From Octopus vulgaris (taxonomy: Eukaryota): a stretch of 64,000 bases of DNA. A program made the position numbers and the translations under genes. Shown one piece after another: positions 1 through 13,720 of this stretch. Location: contig OX597820.1 of NCBI GenBank assembly GCA_951406725.2, positions 122,822,001 to 122,886,000 on the forward strand, given 5' to 3'. Numbering within the stretch: position 1 is the stretch's first letter; each line of letters starts with the position of its first letter. Under the pieces are notes generated by a model. That model did no database searches and was not told the DNA's origin. It saw only the letters and a list, made by a program, of their open reading frames with translations.

Positions 1-39
<39 letters not shown>

Positions 40-179
40 AAATACATATGAGCATATATAATTATCTATATCCTAGTATATATTACTGCTTGTTGTTTAT
101 GTTCAGTTATAATAAAAACAAATTGACGTTAATCTGAAAGGTTTTATAGAGTACAAATTTGTTATTCTTAAACAAGGCA

Positions 180-1305
180 GTCGGACGATGGTTTATCTGG
201 CCGAAACTTCGAAACCACTGGAGAATGTTTCCGACGATGCTTTTGCTATGCCAGTACCTATACTAAAATTTGGGCTAAATGATTGGATGCTAGATGAAAA
301 GCGGGTTATTGAAGTTAAAGCCCAAAAGTTGTTAAAATGTTCAGAGACTTTACACATTAACGGGAATGTAAGACAACCTGTCCTTAAAATGTAAACGAAC
401 CAGAAGGGGCTTGACGACGATCCAAAAGTATTTAAAAGTCGAATCATATCCTTTCAACATCTACAAATAATGAAACGTTGAAGTCCTTACATGGTTCAGA
501 TCTACATACGTAAAAACGATAACATGATGAGGGTTAGAGAAAAGCTTCTTGGAAAGTAATTTAAGATATAAAACCACCAGAGAAATAACTCAACTACAAC
601 ATCACATCTTCAGAAAGGGAATCTGTGTAGCTACCGGCAGAAGCTCATTCATGCCTATACTATCAATGGTTTTCAAGGAGCCAATTTTACCTGTCTTAGA
701 AGCAATGCATTTAAATAAAGAAAAAAAGTGATTCAATTGAAATTAGTTAAATGGACAAATACATCTAATACCGAGGCATTCTGGCTGGATGTCTTGGAAT
801 ATAAAGATGCTAGTGGGGGAAATCCTTTTAGAGATGTTGCAAATTTTGCCCTTAATTTATTGACATTGACAAACTCAAATGCAGAAGTTGAATTGTTGTT
901 CAGTAGTATGGGAGTAATCAAATCAAAATTGAAAAACAAAATGCGTCTTCCTATGCTTAGATTAATACTGTCTATAGAATATGGCCTGAAAAGATATGGC
1001 AAATGTTGCAAAAACTTCGATATTCCAAAACACATGATTAATAAGATTGGGACCTTGAATTTATACAGAAGTCAATACCTAGGCACTGCAGCTGGAAGGG
1101 ATCAAATCGGTGAAATTCAAGAGATTATTTCTCAATGCTGAATATAATTAAAGAAAGTAAATCTAAATATAAGTAAAACTTAAGCTTTTTGATATAATTA
1201 GTCTTTAGCATTTTTTTCTTATTATTAAGCATTTTAAAGCATTTTTTTTTGGAATTTTTCTATTGAAATTTAGCATAAATTTGTGATTTTAAGTTGGCAA
1301 CACTA
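180..1305 (+). mobile_element. Decayed, internally deleted hAT-superfamily DNA transposon with its 3' end
   Basis: ORF 728-1141 reads FWLDVLEYKD..PFRDVANFALNLLTLTNSNAEVELLFSSMGVIKSKLKNKM, matching the hAT C-terminal dimerisation pattern (FW..F..LA..LL.LP.SNA.VER.FS). The element ends in a TIR-like AAGTTGGCAACACTA at 1291-1305. The 5' boundary is uncertain. Confidence 0.8.
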
Positions 1306-1721
1306 ATGAGACATAAACGTGAATGTAGGTTGATAAGAGTTATGAAATTACACGTTGGAACGTAAAATAAGTTTGTGAAGTGATATAAAGTGTATAGTGA
1401 AATTGGCAACCATCTTGCACTCACATTATATCTTTCCCCACCGTCTTTCCCGCTTTCTTTAGATGTGTTTATGATATCGTATTTGCAGTAATCGACGTCT
1501 ATGCAATGTATGTAAGCATCCGGTTGCATGTATGCACTTGCGTATATACATGATATGTATAGGTACATGATATGTATGTATGAACATATTTACACAAATC
1601 TAACAAAAAATGAGTTAAGACAAATATCTGAGGGTAGCCAGTGTTATGAATATGGAGAACATGCACGCATACAGGTATATCAAATATGATAAAACATAAA
1701 TTCTTGATGTCCGCCTCTAAC

Positions 1722-1951
1722 TTCTTTATTGTCCACAAGGGGCTAAACATAGAGGGGACAAACAATTACAGACAAACGGATTAAGTCGATTACATTGACC
1801 CCAGTGCGTAACTGGTACTTATTTAATAGACCCCAAAAGGATGAAAGGTAAAAATCGACCTCGGCGGAATTTGAACTCAGAACGTAGCGGCAGACGAAAT
1901 ACTGCTAGGCATTTCGACCGGCGTGCTAACGTTTCTGCCAGCCAGCCGCCT
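1722..1951 (-). mobile_element. tRNA-derived SINE, family A
   Basis: Reverse complement has an A-box-like TGGCAGAAACGTT, a B-box GAGTTCAAATTCC and the core CCTTTCATCCTTTTGGGGTC..AAGTACCAGT. Homologous to 54446-54859. The core resembles the Meta-SINE domain (from memory, not aligned). Confidence 0.85.
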
Positions 1952-2243
1952 CTTGGTGTGTCACAGTTAGCAAATGGCGGTTGAATGCAGCTCCATATGA
2001 GCCATAGGTAAAAGGAGACAATTTCAACAATCAAAGATTTTTCAATGTTTCCATGCGATTATGGAAAAAGTCAGGCTGCTTCTTGTGTAGAGGTAAGGGG
2101 ACAGTCTTGGGCACGTGTTTCTTTTCAACAAGCGTCATCAGCACCGAATTATTTCATTAAGTTAGAAGTTAGTGGAAACGCTTTGTTTTACGTCCTCATC
2201 AACAACGTCACCATTTTTTTATGTTGTTGCGAGGTGTTTATTT

Positions 2244-2397
2244 GACCCGAAGAAGTGTTTATTTGACTGCTTTTAGCAAGTGACCTGAAGAGGTGTTTAT
2301 TTGACTGCTTTTAGCAAGTGACCTGAAGAGGTGTTTATTTGACTGCTTTTGGCAAGTGACCCGAAGAGGTGTTTATTTGACTGCTTTTGGCAAGTGA
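2244..2397 (+). repeat. 38-bp minisatellite, 4 copies
   Basis: Unit GACC(C/T)GAAGAGGTGTTTATTTGACTGCTTTT(A/G)GCAAGT starts at 2244, 2282, 2320 and 2358, with no spacers. Confidence 0.95.
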
Positions 2398-2559
2398 GCG
2401 AGAAGTTTGAGAAAAGTTAAGTTTGCATTAGGATGTGAGCTTTGAATGATGACATTGCAGCTTCAGAACAATATCCTAATGAATTCGGTTAGTTGACACA
2501 TTTGGTAATATCTACATCATGCTATTTATATCTATAACCAGATATTGTTAAAATTAAAT

Positions 2560-2776
2560 CTTTCTAATCTTGGCACAAGGCCCGTATTTTCGAAGGGAGG
2601 GGGCAAGTTGAATAAATTGATTCAATCGCTTGACTGGTCCTTTTATTGTATCGTCCTCCAAAAGGATGAAAGATAAGGTTGACCCCCTACCGAATTTAAG
2701 TTCAGAACGTAAAGAACCGGAAGAAAAACCGCTAATCATGCCAGAAGCGTTGGCAATTCTGACTGCTCGCCGCCTT
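2560..2776 (-). mobile_element. Degenerate family A SINE, alternative tail
   Basis: AAAGGATGAAAGATAAGGTTGACC..GAATTTAAGTTCAGAACGT core with the GGCACAAGGCCCG tail variant. Confidence 0.7.
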
Positions 2777-3118
2777 AACAATATTAATAATAATGCGGCA
2801 CAAGTGAATTCAAAGACTCAGTTTTCAGTGATGTGACGACTCTGGGAATAATAAAATTATTGGATAATTATATTGTTTGAAACTTCTCCCTCAAACTTCT
2901 TGTTATTTTGTATGGAGGATTGTTTTTTCTGGAGTTTTATTATTTGTGTGTTGTTGTAGTTGTTGTCTATTTTTTTGTGGTTGCTGGCATAAAAATATTT
3001 CAGCTGAGATGACAGATCAATGAATAAATATATCATATCAACCACATCGGCTTTAGACGGATCAATTTTACAGCATAACTTGAAGACAATAAGGCAATTA
3101 GCAATTATCGCCAGCATC

Positions 3119-3131
3119 ACTGCTGCTGCTG

Positions 3132-3163
<32 letters not shown>

Positions 3164-3224
3164 GCTGCTACTGCTGCTGCTACTGCTGCTGCTGGCAGTA
3201 CTACTGCTTCTGATAATACTGATG

Positions 3225-3307
<83 letters not shown>

Positions 3308-3359
3308 GCTGCTACTGCTGCTGCTGCTGGCAGTACTACTGCTTCTGATAATACTGATG

Positions 3360-3440
<81 letters not shown>

Positions 3441-3441
3441 G

Positions 3442-3485
<44 letters not shown>

Positions 3486-3486
3486 G

Positions 3487-3527
<41 letters not shown>

Positions 3528-3570
3528 ATGCTGCTACTACTACAACTACTACTACTACTACTACCACCAG
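3119..3570. repeat. (CTA)n/(CTG)n microsatellite with an internal higher-order duplication
   Basis: CTA array in which GCTGCTGGCAGTACTACTGCTTCTGATAATACTGATGCT occurs twice (about 3188 and 3323). Confidence 0.95.
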
Positions 3571-4220
3571 TATCACCACTGTTGCTGCTACAGCCGTCAA
3601 CAATGTAACAATAGTTTGGACAATGATAAAAAAAAAAACGAGGGCCTTTGGTGAGATTATTACTGTTGACAAATCTCTGTTCTACCTCTTTCTCCTCATA
3701 ATCCTCATTGTTATTAATACTGTAGCAGAAGCAGCGCTAACGACATCGTCGCCTTCGTCGTCACCATCATCATCACCATCATCATCATCATCATCATCAT
3801 CATCACCGTCAAGAATTCCACCATAATTGTTGTCAGTTTCAGTTACTTTAGTAACTGATTCAATTCTCTTAATTCTTAGATTGCTTTTCGAAACTGTTCT
3901 GTCCTCCTTTGCCATTCTTTGTGTAATGCCTAACTCCTTAAAGCCTGGTCTTATAAATTGAGTGACATCTACATGGTTAATGACTGAACTGTCAAACTAT
4001 AATAAGGGATTAATGATGCGCACCAGAGACCAAATACAAAGAACAACTACCAAAGCCGATCATAAGCGATAATCGACAAAACAGGGTGTTTTCAGATTGC
4101 ATTTCTCGAAGTCACTGTAGTTTCCCGAGCCATGCAACCAAACTCGTGTATAACATTAATCATGAGACTATTTTTCGTGCTTTAATGCTCGTTGTTGCTT
4201 AATAAATAACTAGAAGTTTG

Positions 4221-4635
4221 GGATCTCTTCGGTTTGAACGGCAGTTTCTAACATAATTTCTAGGTAACTAAAAAATTTTAAACTTCGTATACTGGTAGAA
4301 TGTGTTTATAAAACATCTTTTTCTCTTGGCTTTATTGAGAACATTCTATAGTTTTTAAGATATTTTTTGTTTTCTTCAATTTCTGCAATTTCAACCAATC
4401 AATGACGTCTATTGAGGTAAAAAAAAAAAAATTCTGGGCCGTATGAATATGTCCCTCGTTTAAGAAACAGATTGGGTTTATTTACATTTATGAAAAAAAA
4501 AGATACCCTTACCCCTAACTCACCCTAACTCTAAAACAGATTGAAATGCAATAGATCGATACCAGGGTCATAATTATGGGTGACAATTTCATATAACACC
4601 GCTAGAAAAATCTGCCGTTCAAACCGAAAAGATCC
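4221..4635. mobile_element. MITE copy 1 (GG termini, 8-bp TSD)
   Basis: TIRs GGATCTCTTCGGTTTGAACGGCAG and CTGCCGTTCAAACCGAAAAGATCC; TSD GAAGTTTG at 4213-4220 and 4636-4643. Confidence 0.92.
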
Positions 4636-5045
4636 GAAGTTTGTTTGGTAGCGAGCATCAATATATTTTCTTAAATTTATCATTGGAACAACCATTCACA
4701 TTAACGCATTGTTTATAGTGAAAATGTCAAACTTTTTACTGGGAAGCACTCCTTACCTTTTATAAACCTGATCAGTTTACTAACATGAAAAGGGGTTTTC
4801 TGAAATCCCTTGGCCATGTAAGACAAGATGGATGTTGCAATTTTCAAATGTCCATCGTATTTGAGGATCAGATTTTAGATATGGATTTTTGTTTTTACTT
4901 TTAACTGTTCAACTCCTTGCTTTCCCTTGGTAAGAAATACTAAAGCTGAATTAATAGCTTTATAAGAGGCGATAAAAAAACTCACTTGAAATATTTCGTT
5001 TTCCTATTTGGTTTGCAAGATTCTTGAATTGAACGCTTATTGAAC

Positions 5046-5417
5046 ATATTTTGCTGTATCTCGGGTGGGTCATTACACCAATAAACACACACACTGGTTT
5101 ATTTGATTTCTTTCATATTCATTAGTCAAATAGTTAACCATTTAACCAATCGAATAATTCATTGTTTGATGAATCGTTTGATCAATCACTTGTCAATCGT
5201 TTAATCAATCACTTGTCAATCAAAATACTCTGCAGATATCACGAACGGCGATAGAAAGGTTCTTATGACCTTAATCAATTGATAAATCAATCGATTAATT
5301 ATTTAGTTAAATTGTTAACTATTTAACTAATAATGATAATAAAAAAAAGTGAAATAGAACCAGTGTGTGTGTGTTTCTTATTGGTATTATGAACCTCCCG
5401 AGATACAACAAAATATT
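5046..5417. mobile_element. Fold-back (palindromic) non-autonomous element
   Basis: ATATTTTGCTGTATCTCGGG..CCAATAAACACACACACTGGTT is inverted as AACCAGTGTGTG..TTATTGG..CCCGAGATACAACAAAATAT, and the inner arms also pair. Confidence 0.75.
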
Positions 5418-5796
5418 TTTCTTTAATGATTTATTCCTGTTTCCAAAATGCGCTGAAATATTAAACATTCTTGTGGCTTTAACTACTTATTTATGACTAA
5501 AGTTAAGAATTAGTATTTTTCAAGAGAACTATAGATAATTTTAAACCATGAAAAATTATTTAACAAATATGAACAAATACCAAGCATTCTAATATTCAAA
5601 TTTTGATTTCGAATTTGGGCATAACACCTTAAATGTTATTTTCTGCTCATTTTCCAAGCTTCAAGTTAAACGTGAATACAACTATTACTAATAAAAACAC
5701 AACGAGGAAAACTTAAAGAAGAGTTTAGTCACTTAAACCGGTCGCATCACTTGACTGGTACTTTGTCAATCTCCATAATACAAAGAACCGGTCAAG

Positions 5797-5831
<35 letters not shown>

Positions 5832-6527
5832 TTGTGTTTTGTGCTGTTTTGATTAATTTTTATGCATGTTGTTCTGTTATTTGCTTTTCTGGTGCACATT
5901 TCGTCTGTATTGTTTGGATGTTGATAAATGTGTATGAATCATTAATTTCTTATTCTTTGCCTCCAATCGTGCAGTTAATGATTTTGTTTTCTGCTCATGC
6001 GGTGGCAATGTCCTGGCCCCTGGTGGCGTTGTGAGTTGCGCCCTGCCTGAGTTTGTAATATCATTGGTGTCTGTGATGATGATGATGTTGATGATGATCA
6101 TCATCATGAGGAAGAAGAGGAGGAAGTGGAAGAGGAGGATGGTGTTAGCTGCTGTTCGAAGCGGGGCTGGTGTCTCGTTGATCAGATGTATTCCTCACTA
6201 CACACACACAGGCGCCTCTTCAAACCTCCCACCATATTTCCCATAATGCTTTCTCTGTTCCCGTTTTGTTGCTATTCGACATTTCAGCCATTTCAAGCAT
6301 TTCTTTTCAACTTCATTTCACGATATGTCTGAGTGATCCGCCACAGGGGTGAGGTTTGTCTAGGAAAGTACTTATAGCTCGTCTCTTCTGCCTGCTTCAT
6401 ACTCCCCCCGCCAACAGTATCGCTAGCCCATCCATACATTTAAATTTACCTCTATTCAAGACTAACACACAACACTTTTTCAGTCCGAACTCTTTTCTGA
6501 TATCAGCACGGAAGAAGAAGAATTCTT

Positions 6528-7045
6528 CTTATTATCATTATTATTATTATTATTGCTGTTGTTATTATTATTACTATTACTATTATTATTGTTGTTATTA
6601 TAATTATTTTTGTTGTTCTTATCGTTGTTATTATTATTATTGTTGTTCTTATTGTTATTATTATTATTATTATTATTGTTGTTGTTCTTGTTATTATTGT
6701 TATTATTATTACTATTATCATTATTATTATTACTATTATTATTATTGTTATTATTATTATTGTTGTTGTTCTTGTTATTATTATTTTTATTGTTGTTGTT
6801 CTTGTTATTATTGTTATTGTTACTATTATTATTATTATTGTTGTTGTTGTTGTTCTTGTTCTTCTTCTTATTGTTGTTGCTCTTATTATTATCATTATTA
6901 TTATTATTATTATTGTTGTTGTTGTTGTTGTTGTTGTTGTTCTTGTTCTCGTTATTATTGTCATTGTTGTTGTTGTTGTTGTTGTTCTTGTTATTGTTAT
7001 TATTATTATTATTGTTATTATTATTATTATGATTATTGTTATTGT
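6528..7045. repeat. Degenerate (TTA/TTG)n microsatellite, tail or target of the adjacent Dong/R4 element
   Basis: Trinucleotide array directly abutting the 3' end of the LINE at about 7047. Confidence 0.9.
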
Positions 7046-7046
7046 G

Positions 7047-8553
7047 CTTTTACCTCACTACCGAGCGCAGCTGTGTTTGCCTTGGGTATGAGCTGTGGTT
7101 TGCTGTGATGCTCTCATTTTCACTGTATTGGAAGTGTTTTACGTAGGATATGTGCAGTGCCCAGTAGTGCAATTTTCTGATATAATATATATTTATTAGT
7201 CCTGGTGTTTTTTTTTTATGTATTTGTCTGAATATTTTTTTTATCATTCCCAAAGCGTCACTATGATAGGATTTGTTTCTGCTGTTTAGATTCCACGTTC
7301 GAGTTACCTCTATATCCAGGTCTTTATGTTTTGAAAGTTTCTCCATTTCTTTTAGAATAATGTTATCATTTGTTGTTATTGATACATCAGTTAGAAAGCA
7401 TCTTCTTTCTTCATGATCTCTGACGACTATATCTGGCCTATTGGCCTTAATTTCTCTATCTTTTTGTATTGGCATATCCCAGAGTATGGTTGCTTTCACG
7501 TTTTCTGTGACCTTTTCTGGTGTGTGCCTATACCATCTTTTTTCTGTTGTTATTCCATAGTGTTGGCAAAGCTTCCAGTGTATGTAGGTTCCAATTCTAT
7601 CGTCTCTGTGAATATATTCCTTCTAAGCCAGGACTGGGCAGCCAGAGATAATATGATTTATTGTTTCTTGTCCATCTCCATATATTCTGCAGTTACTTGT
7701 TATGTTTCTTTTCATTATATGTTTTTGGTAATTTCTGGTGGGGAGGCTTTGGTCTTGTGCTGTAATTAAAAATCCTTCAGTCTCTGCTTTGAGTCCTGAG
7801 CTTTTCAGCCAATGCTGGGATTTGTCTATTTCTTTTGCATTTAGTTTAGCCCAGTATTTGCCATGAAGGGGCTTTTCTTGCCATCGTTTTATTATGATCC
7901 GTTGCTGTTCCAGTTTTAGTTTGGATTTTATTTGCTTTACAGCTTTTGTTTTTTCTGTTATTTCTTCATATTTGTTCGGTAGTATGACTTCTTGTTTGTA
8001 TTTGTCAGTTTCCTTAAAGACCGAAAACGGTTTTCTGTTTTGTGGCTGTTTGTATTAGTTTTACTTGCTTCTGAAGTAGGTGTTTTTGTAGTCCTATAGT
8101 GGTTATTTTGTAATACTTTTCTAGCTGTATAAGGCTTCTACCATCTTCTATATAAAACCTTTCCATGTCAAATTTTGGGCGGTGCATCCTAAATCCTGTC
8201 ATTATTTTTCTTCTTTTTCCTGTCTATTTTGATTAGTTCATTTAGTGTCCAATTAAGTATATTGTAGTTGTAACACATAATTGTGACTGCTCAAGTGTTC
8301 ATACCTATTATCTTGTTTTTCGCATTGAACTCTGTTTTCTGTATTAAACTAACTCTTCTATAGTATTCTTTTTTTATCTTCTCTTTCATCTGTGTGTGTT
8401 GTATTGTATCTATTTCATGGATTCCTGAGTATTTGTAAGTCTGGCTTTGGTCTAATTCTCTTATTCATTGACTTTATCCAGTGTGATGTTGCTACTCTTA
8501 ACTAGTTTTCCTCTTTTTAAGGTTGCCTTGGTACATTTTTCTAAGCCAAATTT
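7047..8553 (-). mobile_element. 5'-truncated Dong/R4-clade non-LTR retrotransposon (C-terminal RT, zinc knuckle, RLE endonuclease), decayed
   Basis: ILWDMPIQKDREIKANRPDIVVRD..RCFLTDVSI..KEMEKLSKHKDL (RLE PD..D motif), KFGLEKC and MHRPKFDMERFYI. Flanked on both sides by (TAA)n, the known Dong target. Confidence 0.9.
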
Positions 8554-8582
8554 CTTATTTCGTTTTCTTCTTCTTCTTCTTG

Positions 8583-9312
<730 letters not shown>

Positions 9313-9463
9313 ATTACATCGGTACATATGTATGACAGAATGATAAAAAAAGTCTTCTTTCAATCAGCGTCCTTTAAAATATTTGAAACTTTGTGCTTAG
9401 TGAAAATGAGATATTTGTGTGTAGATTAACCTGCCATATGTCTAAATTGCATAACATACAGAG

Positions 9464-9502
<39 letters not shown>

Positions 9503-9549
9503 GCATTTACGTAGCGGTGTGTGTAAATGTAATGTGTGGTGTCTATGGT

Positions 9550-9830
9550 TTTTATTGACTACACAGATGACATTGTTTTCGTGGCAAAAGAAAATCATAA
9601 AGTATGGCAGATGTTCTCACAAACCCTTATCTAGTGCCAACCTAACGAGATATTCTGCCAACAATATTGATTACAGAAAAGAGAATGCGAGGCTTGTAAA
9701 GTGTGCTCCGTTTGTAATAACGACCTATCTCTTGGACACCATGTGTTGCACATATGTTTGTTATCAGACTACGATTCACACCCGCCTGACATACCAACTT
9801 GCAATTCATAATACTCGTCCAAGTATTTCT
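9550..9830 (+). mobile_element. Ancient LINE reverse transcriptase fragment (RTE-like)
   Basis: GACTACACAGATGACATTGTTTTCGTGGCA translates DYTDDIVFVA, a variant of the YADD motif. Confidence 0.5.
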
Positions 9831-10157
9831 AACAACCGGAAGTCAACATTGTCTAAATATTCTCCATTTGAATGTAGTCTTTCATAATTTCATATTAAGC
9901 GATATTTCATTTTATTTTATAATTGCAGAAGACATTTGCATATTTATTTATTTCAGGATAACACATTTATCATCAGCCGTCCATAATTTATCTCTTTGCA
10001 AATCACCTCACATGATATTATATATATTGTACACATAATTATACACATGCTAAACACACTAACATATATACACATAGGTGCACATTCATGCACATCTATT
10101 TCTCGTAACCCCGAGCACATGAATGTTCCGCTTTTTACTGTTAACGCACACACACGC

Positions 10158-10620
<463 letters not shown>

Positions 10621-10621
10621 A

Positions 10622-11010
10622 TTATTGCGATCGTCTCGAAGCACTCAAAATTTATTCCCTCCAACGTTGCCGTGAGCGCTTTATCATTTGTATGATGAGG
10701 AAAACATTCCAACAGCTCTGCCCAGATGACGATGGCAGCAGTTTGAAAATTCACTGGAGCCTTGATCGCGTGCTATCCGCCCTCTACCAAAGCCATTTTC
10801 GCGTCGCATTACAACACAGAGAGAACTATTTCACTTCAACTGAACCGACTCTCTTTAACATTACACCATTATGGTAACCGAGGAGGCTATGCAGAAAAAA
10901 ACTGAAGTTGTTATTGTTTCCTGCTTCTAAGACACGTAATCACGTAGAAGGGGATGATTATTTAGCCTGGGTGGAAATACCATATTTGTCAAACCTTTCG
11001 ATAACATGTT
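10622..11010 (+). mobile_element. 3' end of a CR1-like LINE
   Basis: [38 protein letters not shown] matches the CR1 ORF2 C-terminus (RLK.L.LYSL.RRRERY..GP.LFN.LP). Confidence 0.75.
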
Positions 11011-11232
11011 GGTGATTGTAAGGACGACCCTTAAGAAAATAGAAAGATCTTCAACCCAAATCTGTTTGAATGTTTCATATTTTTACCAACTTCAAGTTAT
11101 CATTTACTCCCTCCTTAATTCTATGGATCAAATATATATATATTAGACATTGGGTTACCAAACTGTCGTTTTCTTACCATAGAATGTCTCAAAGACATTA
11201 CATCGAATATTTCAGTGTTTAAAAGAAATGCA

Positions 11233-11242
11233 GGTGGTGATG

Positions 11243-11278
<36 letters not shown>

Positions 11279-11279
11279 A

Positions 11280-11343
<64 letters not shown>

Positions 11344-11377
11344 GGTGGTGGTGGTGGTAGTAGTAAGTAGTAGTAGT

Positions 11378-11415
<38 letters not shown>

Positions 11416-11416
11416 T

Positions 11417-11451
<35 letters not shown>

Positions 11452-11481
11452 ATAGTAGTAGTGGTAGTAGTGGTGGTGGTG

Positions 11482-11546
<65 letters not shown>

Positions 11547-11560
11547 TGTAGCAGTAGTTA
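11233..11560. repeat. (GTA)n/(GTG)n microsatellite
   Basis: Direct reading. Similar arrays at 17965-18335, 23603-23680 and 28549-28710. Confidence 0.95.
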
Positions 11561-12230
11561 CTTCTAACAGGACTTGTTTTCCGTCTCACACCAGACTCGC
11601 TGGATAAGTTCAGCGATATTATAATGAAAGATAAGGGGAGAGCACTCGCAATTGGGTTGTCAATGTTACTGCTGGGAAAACGCAGAATTATCGATCGACA
11701 AAAGCTGAGCAATTTATTTCTCCACCATTTTGGTTCTAAACGATGTTTGACGGGACTTCGACGTGTACTTGCACGCGCGCGCGTAATTGCGTGTTTGTGT
11801 GTGTTAGTGTGTGCGAACATGTGTACGTGTTCATGCGTGAGTGAGTGTGTATGTGTACACACAAATAACAATATGCGTGCGCTCTCGCGCTCTCTCTCTC
11901 TCACACACACACGCACACATTATGTGTAATTGCTAAATGAATTCTCAAGTTATTGAATTATGTTCTGATAGGTTAGTCACCGTAATTAGAACCCAGGATA
12001 ATAAATACAGAATTGAGTTCCACTTGAAAGAGATCCCGTCTGATTATCTTTTACCATAGTTTCTTAGTCGATAAGTTTATTGAAACGGAATTCTTAACGG
12101 ACCAGCACGAAAGGTTGTCATGGTTTTAATTTTTCTTTTATTGAAATTAGGTATTTCAAAGTTTTTTTTGTGAATTCATTATTTTGAAGGATGATTTGAA
12201 CGAGTGCTACGCTAAGTATATAGAATGTGC

Positions 12231-12673
12231 GGATTTTTTCGGTTTGAACGGCAGTTTTTAACATAATTTCTAGGTAACTAAAAAAATTTAAACTTCTTAT
12301 ACTGGTAGAATGTGTTTATAAAACATCTTTTTCTCTTGGCTTTATTGAGAACATTCTATAGTTTGTAAGATATTCATTGTTTTTTTTATCTTCAATTTCT
12401 GCAATTTCAACCAATCAATGACCGCCTATTGAGGTGAAAACATTCTGTGCCGTATGAATATGTCCCTCGTTTAAGAAACAGATTGGGTTTATTTACATTT
12501 CTGAAGAAGAAAGATACCCTTCCCCCACCCCTAACCCTCACCATAACTAACCCTAACTAACCCTAACCTTAAAAGAGATTGAAATGCAATAGATCGATAC
12601 TAGGGTCATAATTATGGGTGACAATTTCATATGACACCGCTAGAAAAAACTGCAATTCAAACCGAAAAGATTC
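12231..12673. mobile_element. MITE copy 2
   Basis: Same family as 4221-4635; TSD GAATGTGC at 12223-12230 and 12674-12681; internal CCCTAAC repeats at 12529-12568. Confidence 0.92.
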
Positions 12674-12748
12674 GAATGTGCAATGGATATATTGTTGTAA
12701 TGTTATAATTTTAATTTTGCGCATATTTTTTTTTATTTTGTCGACTAC

Positions 12749-13117
12749 ACAGTAGAGTGGGGTCAGTTGGGCACAGTCTGTGAGAAAAAAAAAACAGCAC
12801 CATGACACAATATATTCTGGCAGAAATTTGGAAACGACATGCTGTACTGCTTGACATTCGCGCCGGAAGCGCCATTAAGAACATTTCAGAGTGTTTGGGT
12901 GTCGATCTGAGGACAGTGCAAGCTGAGGACATATACTGAGAGGGATAAAAATCAAATATTCAGTCAACATTATGGTGTTTTGATGGATCACCAGTGATGG
13001 CGATGTTATGTCTCCATTCATCATCCCACACGGCCTCAGGCTCAACACAGAGGCCTACATCATGTGCCTAGAAAAGATAGTGCTGCCCTGGGTCTAAAGG
13101 GTGACTGCTGGAAGACC
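12749..13117 (+). mobile_element. Internally deleted Tc1/mariner-superfamily (maT/DD37D-like) transposase fragment
   Basis: MTQYILAEIWKRHAVLLDIRAG..ISECLGVDLRTVQ (HTH) joined to ITSDGDVMSPFIIPHGLRLNTEAYIMCLEKIVLPWV*RVTAGRPY. Confidence 0.75.
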
Positions 13118-13720
13118 CTATTTCCGTCGAACCACTTTCGGGCCTTCTTCAACGATGTGCCATACCGTTTCACCCCTCTCATCACACATTCTGGACATGT
13201 AGCTGTCGGTTGTGTTGCACCTCACATAGTTAGTCCTTAATGCTTGGTCCTGAGCTGTGCATATTAGTGCTTCTGTCTCTATCTTCAGATCACTCCTCCG
13301 CATCCATATCCACCGATCTTCTGTATCACTCTTGGCGTTTGTACATTTTTCTTATTCCACGTTGTTTCTTTCTTTTTTTTCTCTTTGTTCTCTTCCTCCT
13401 TAAATTTTCCTTTCTTTACACAATTATCAGTTTTAATGACGCCAAACTTCTTCACACTGTTCAACATTGGTTCAATGGTATTTTTACATATCATCCTAAG
13501 CTGTTTTCGATACAATCCTGGCAACTGATCAAACTTTTCAATCCATTCTTCTCGGCAAGTACAGCCTATCAGTGCCACTCTTAGACTGGAAGGTTCCGTG
13601 ACCTGTCAATATTTTTCTCGTCTTCGTAACCATGTCCATCAGTTCTTTCTTTTGCTAGTTTATGACGTTTATCGGTACTATTTGGATCGGTACTATTTGG
13701 TGTTTTGTACAAGTATTATA
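13118..13720 (-). mobile_element. Dong/R4 LINE fragment
   Basis: RRSDLKIETEALICTAQDQALRTNY..SRMCDERGETVWHIV (AQDQ motif and CCHC knuckle region). Confidence 0.85.

Noticed and set aside
2244-2397. 38-bp repeats as a CRISPR array
   Set aside because: Units are contiguous with no unique spacers, there are no cas genes, and the context is eukaryotic.
3020-3826. 268-aa Thr-rich ORF as a mucin-like protein
   Set aside because: It is a (CTA)n microsatellite open in several frames on both strands, with no domain.
9393-9887. 164-aa plus-strand ORF or exon
   Set aside because: It begins in (GA)n, and an overlapping frame shows a YTDD RT motif, so an old LINE fragment is the better explanation.
12529-12568. 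Interstitial telomere or chromosome fusion relic
   Set aside because: The CCCTAAC tract is internal to a MITE and recurs in copy 1.
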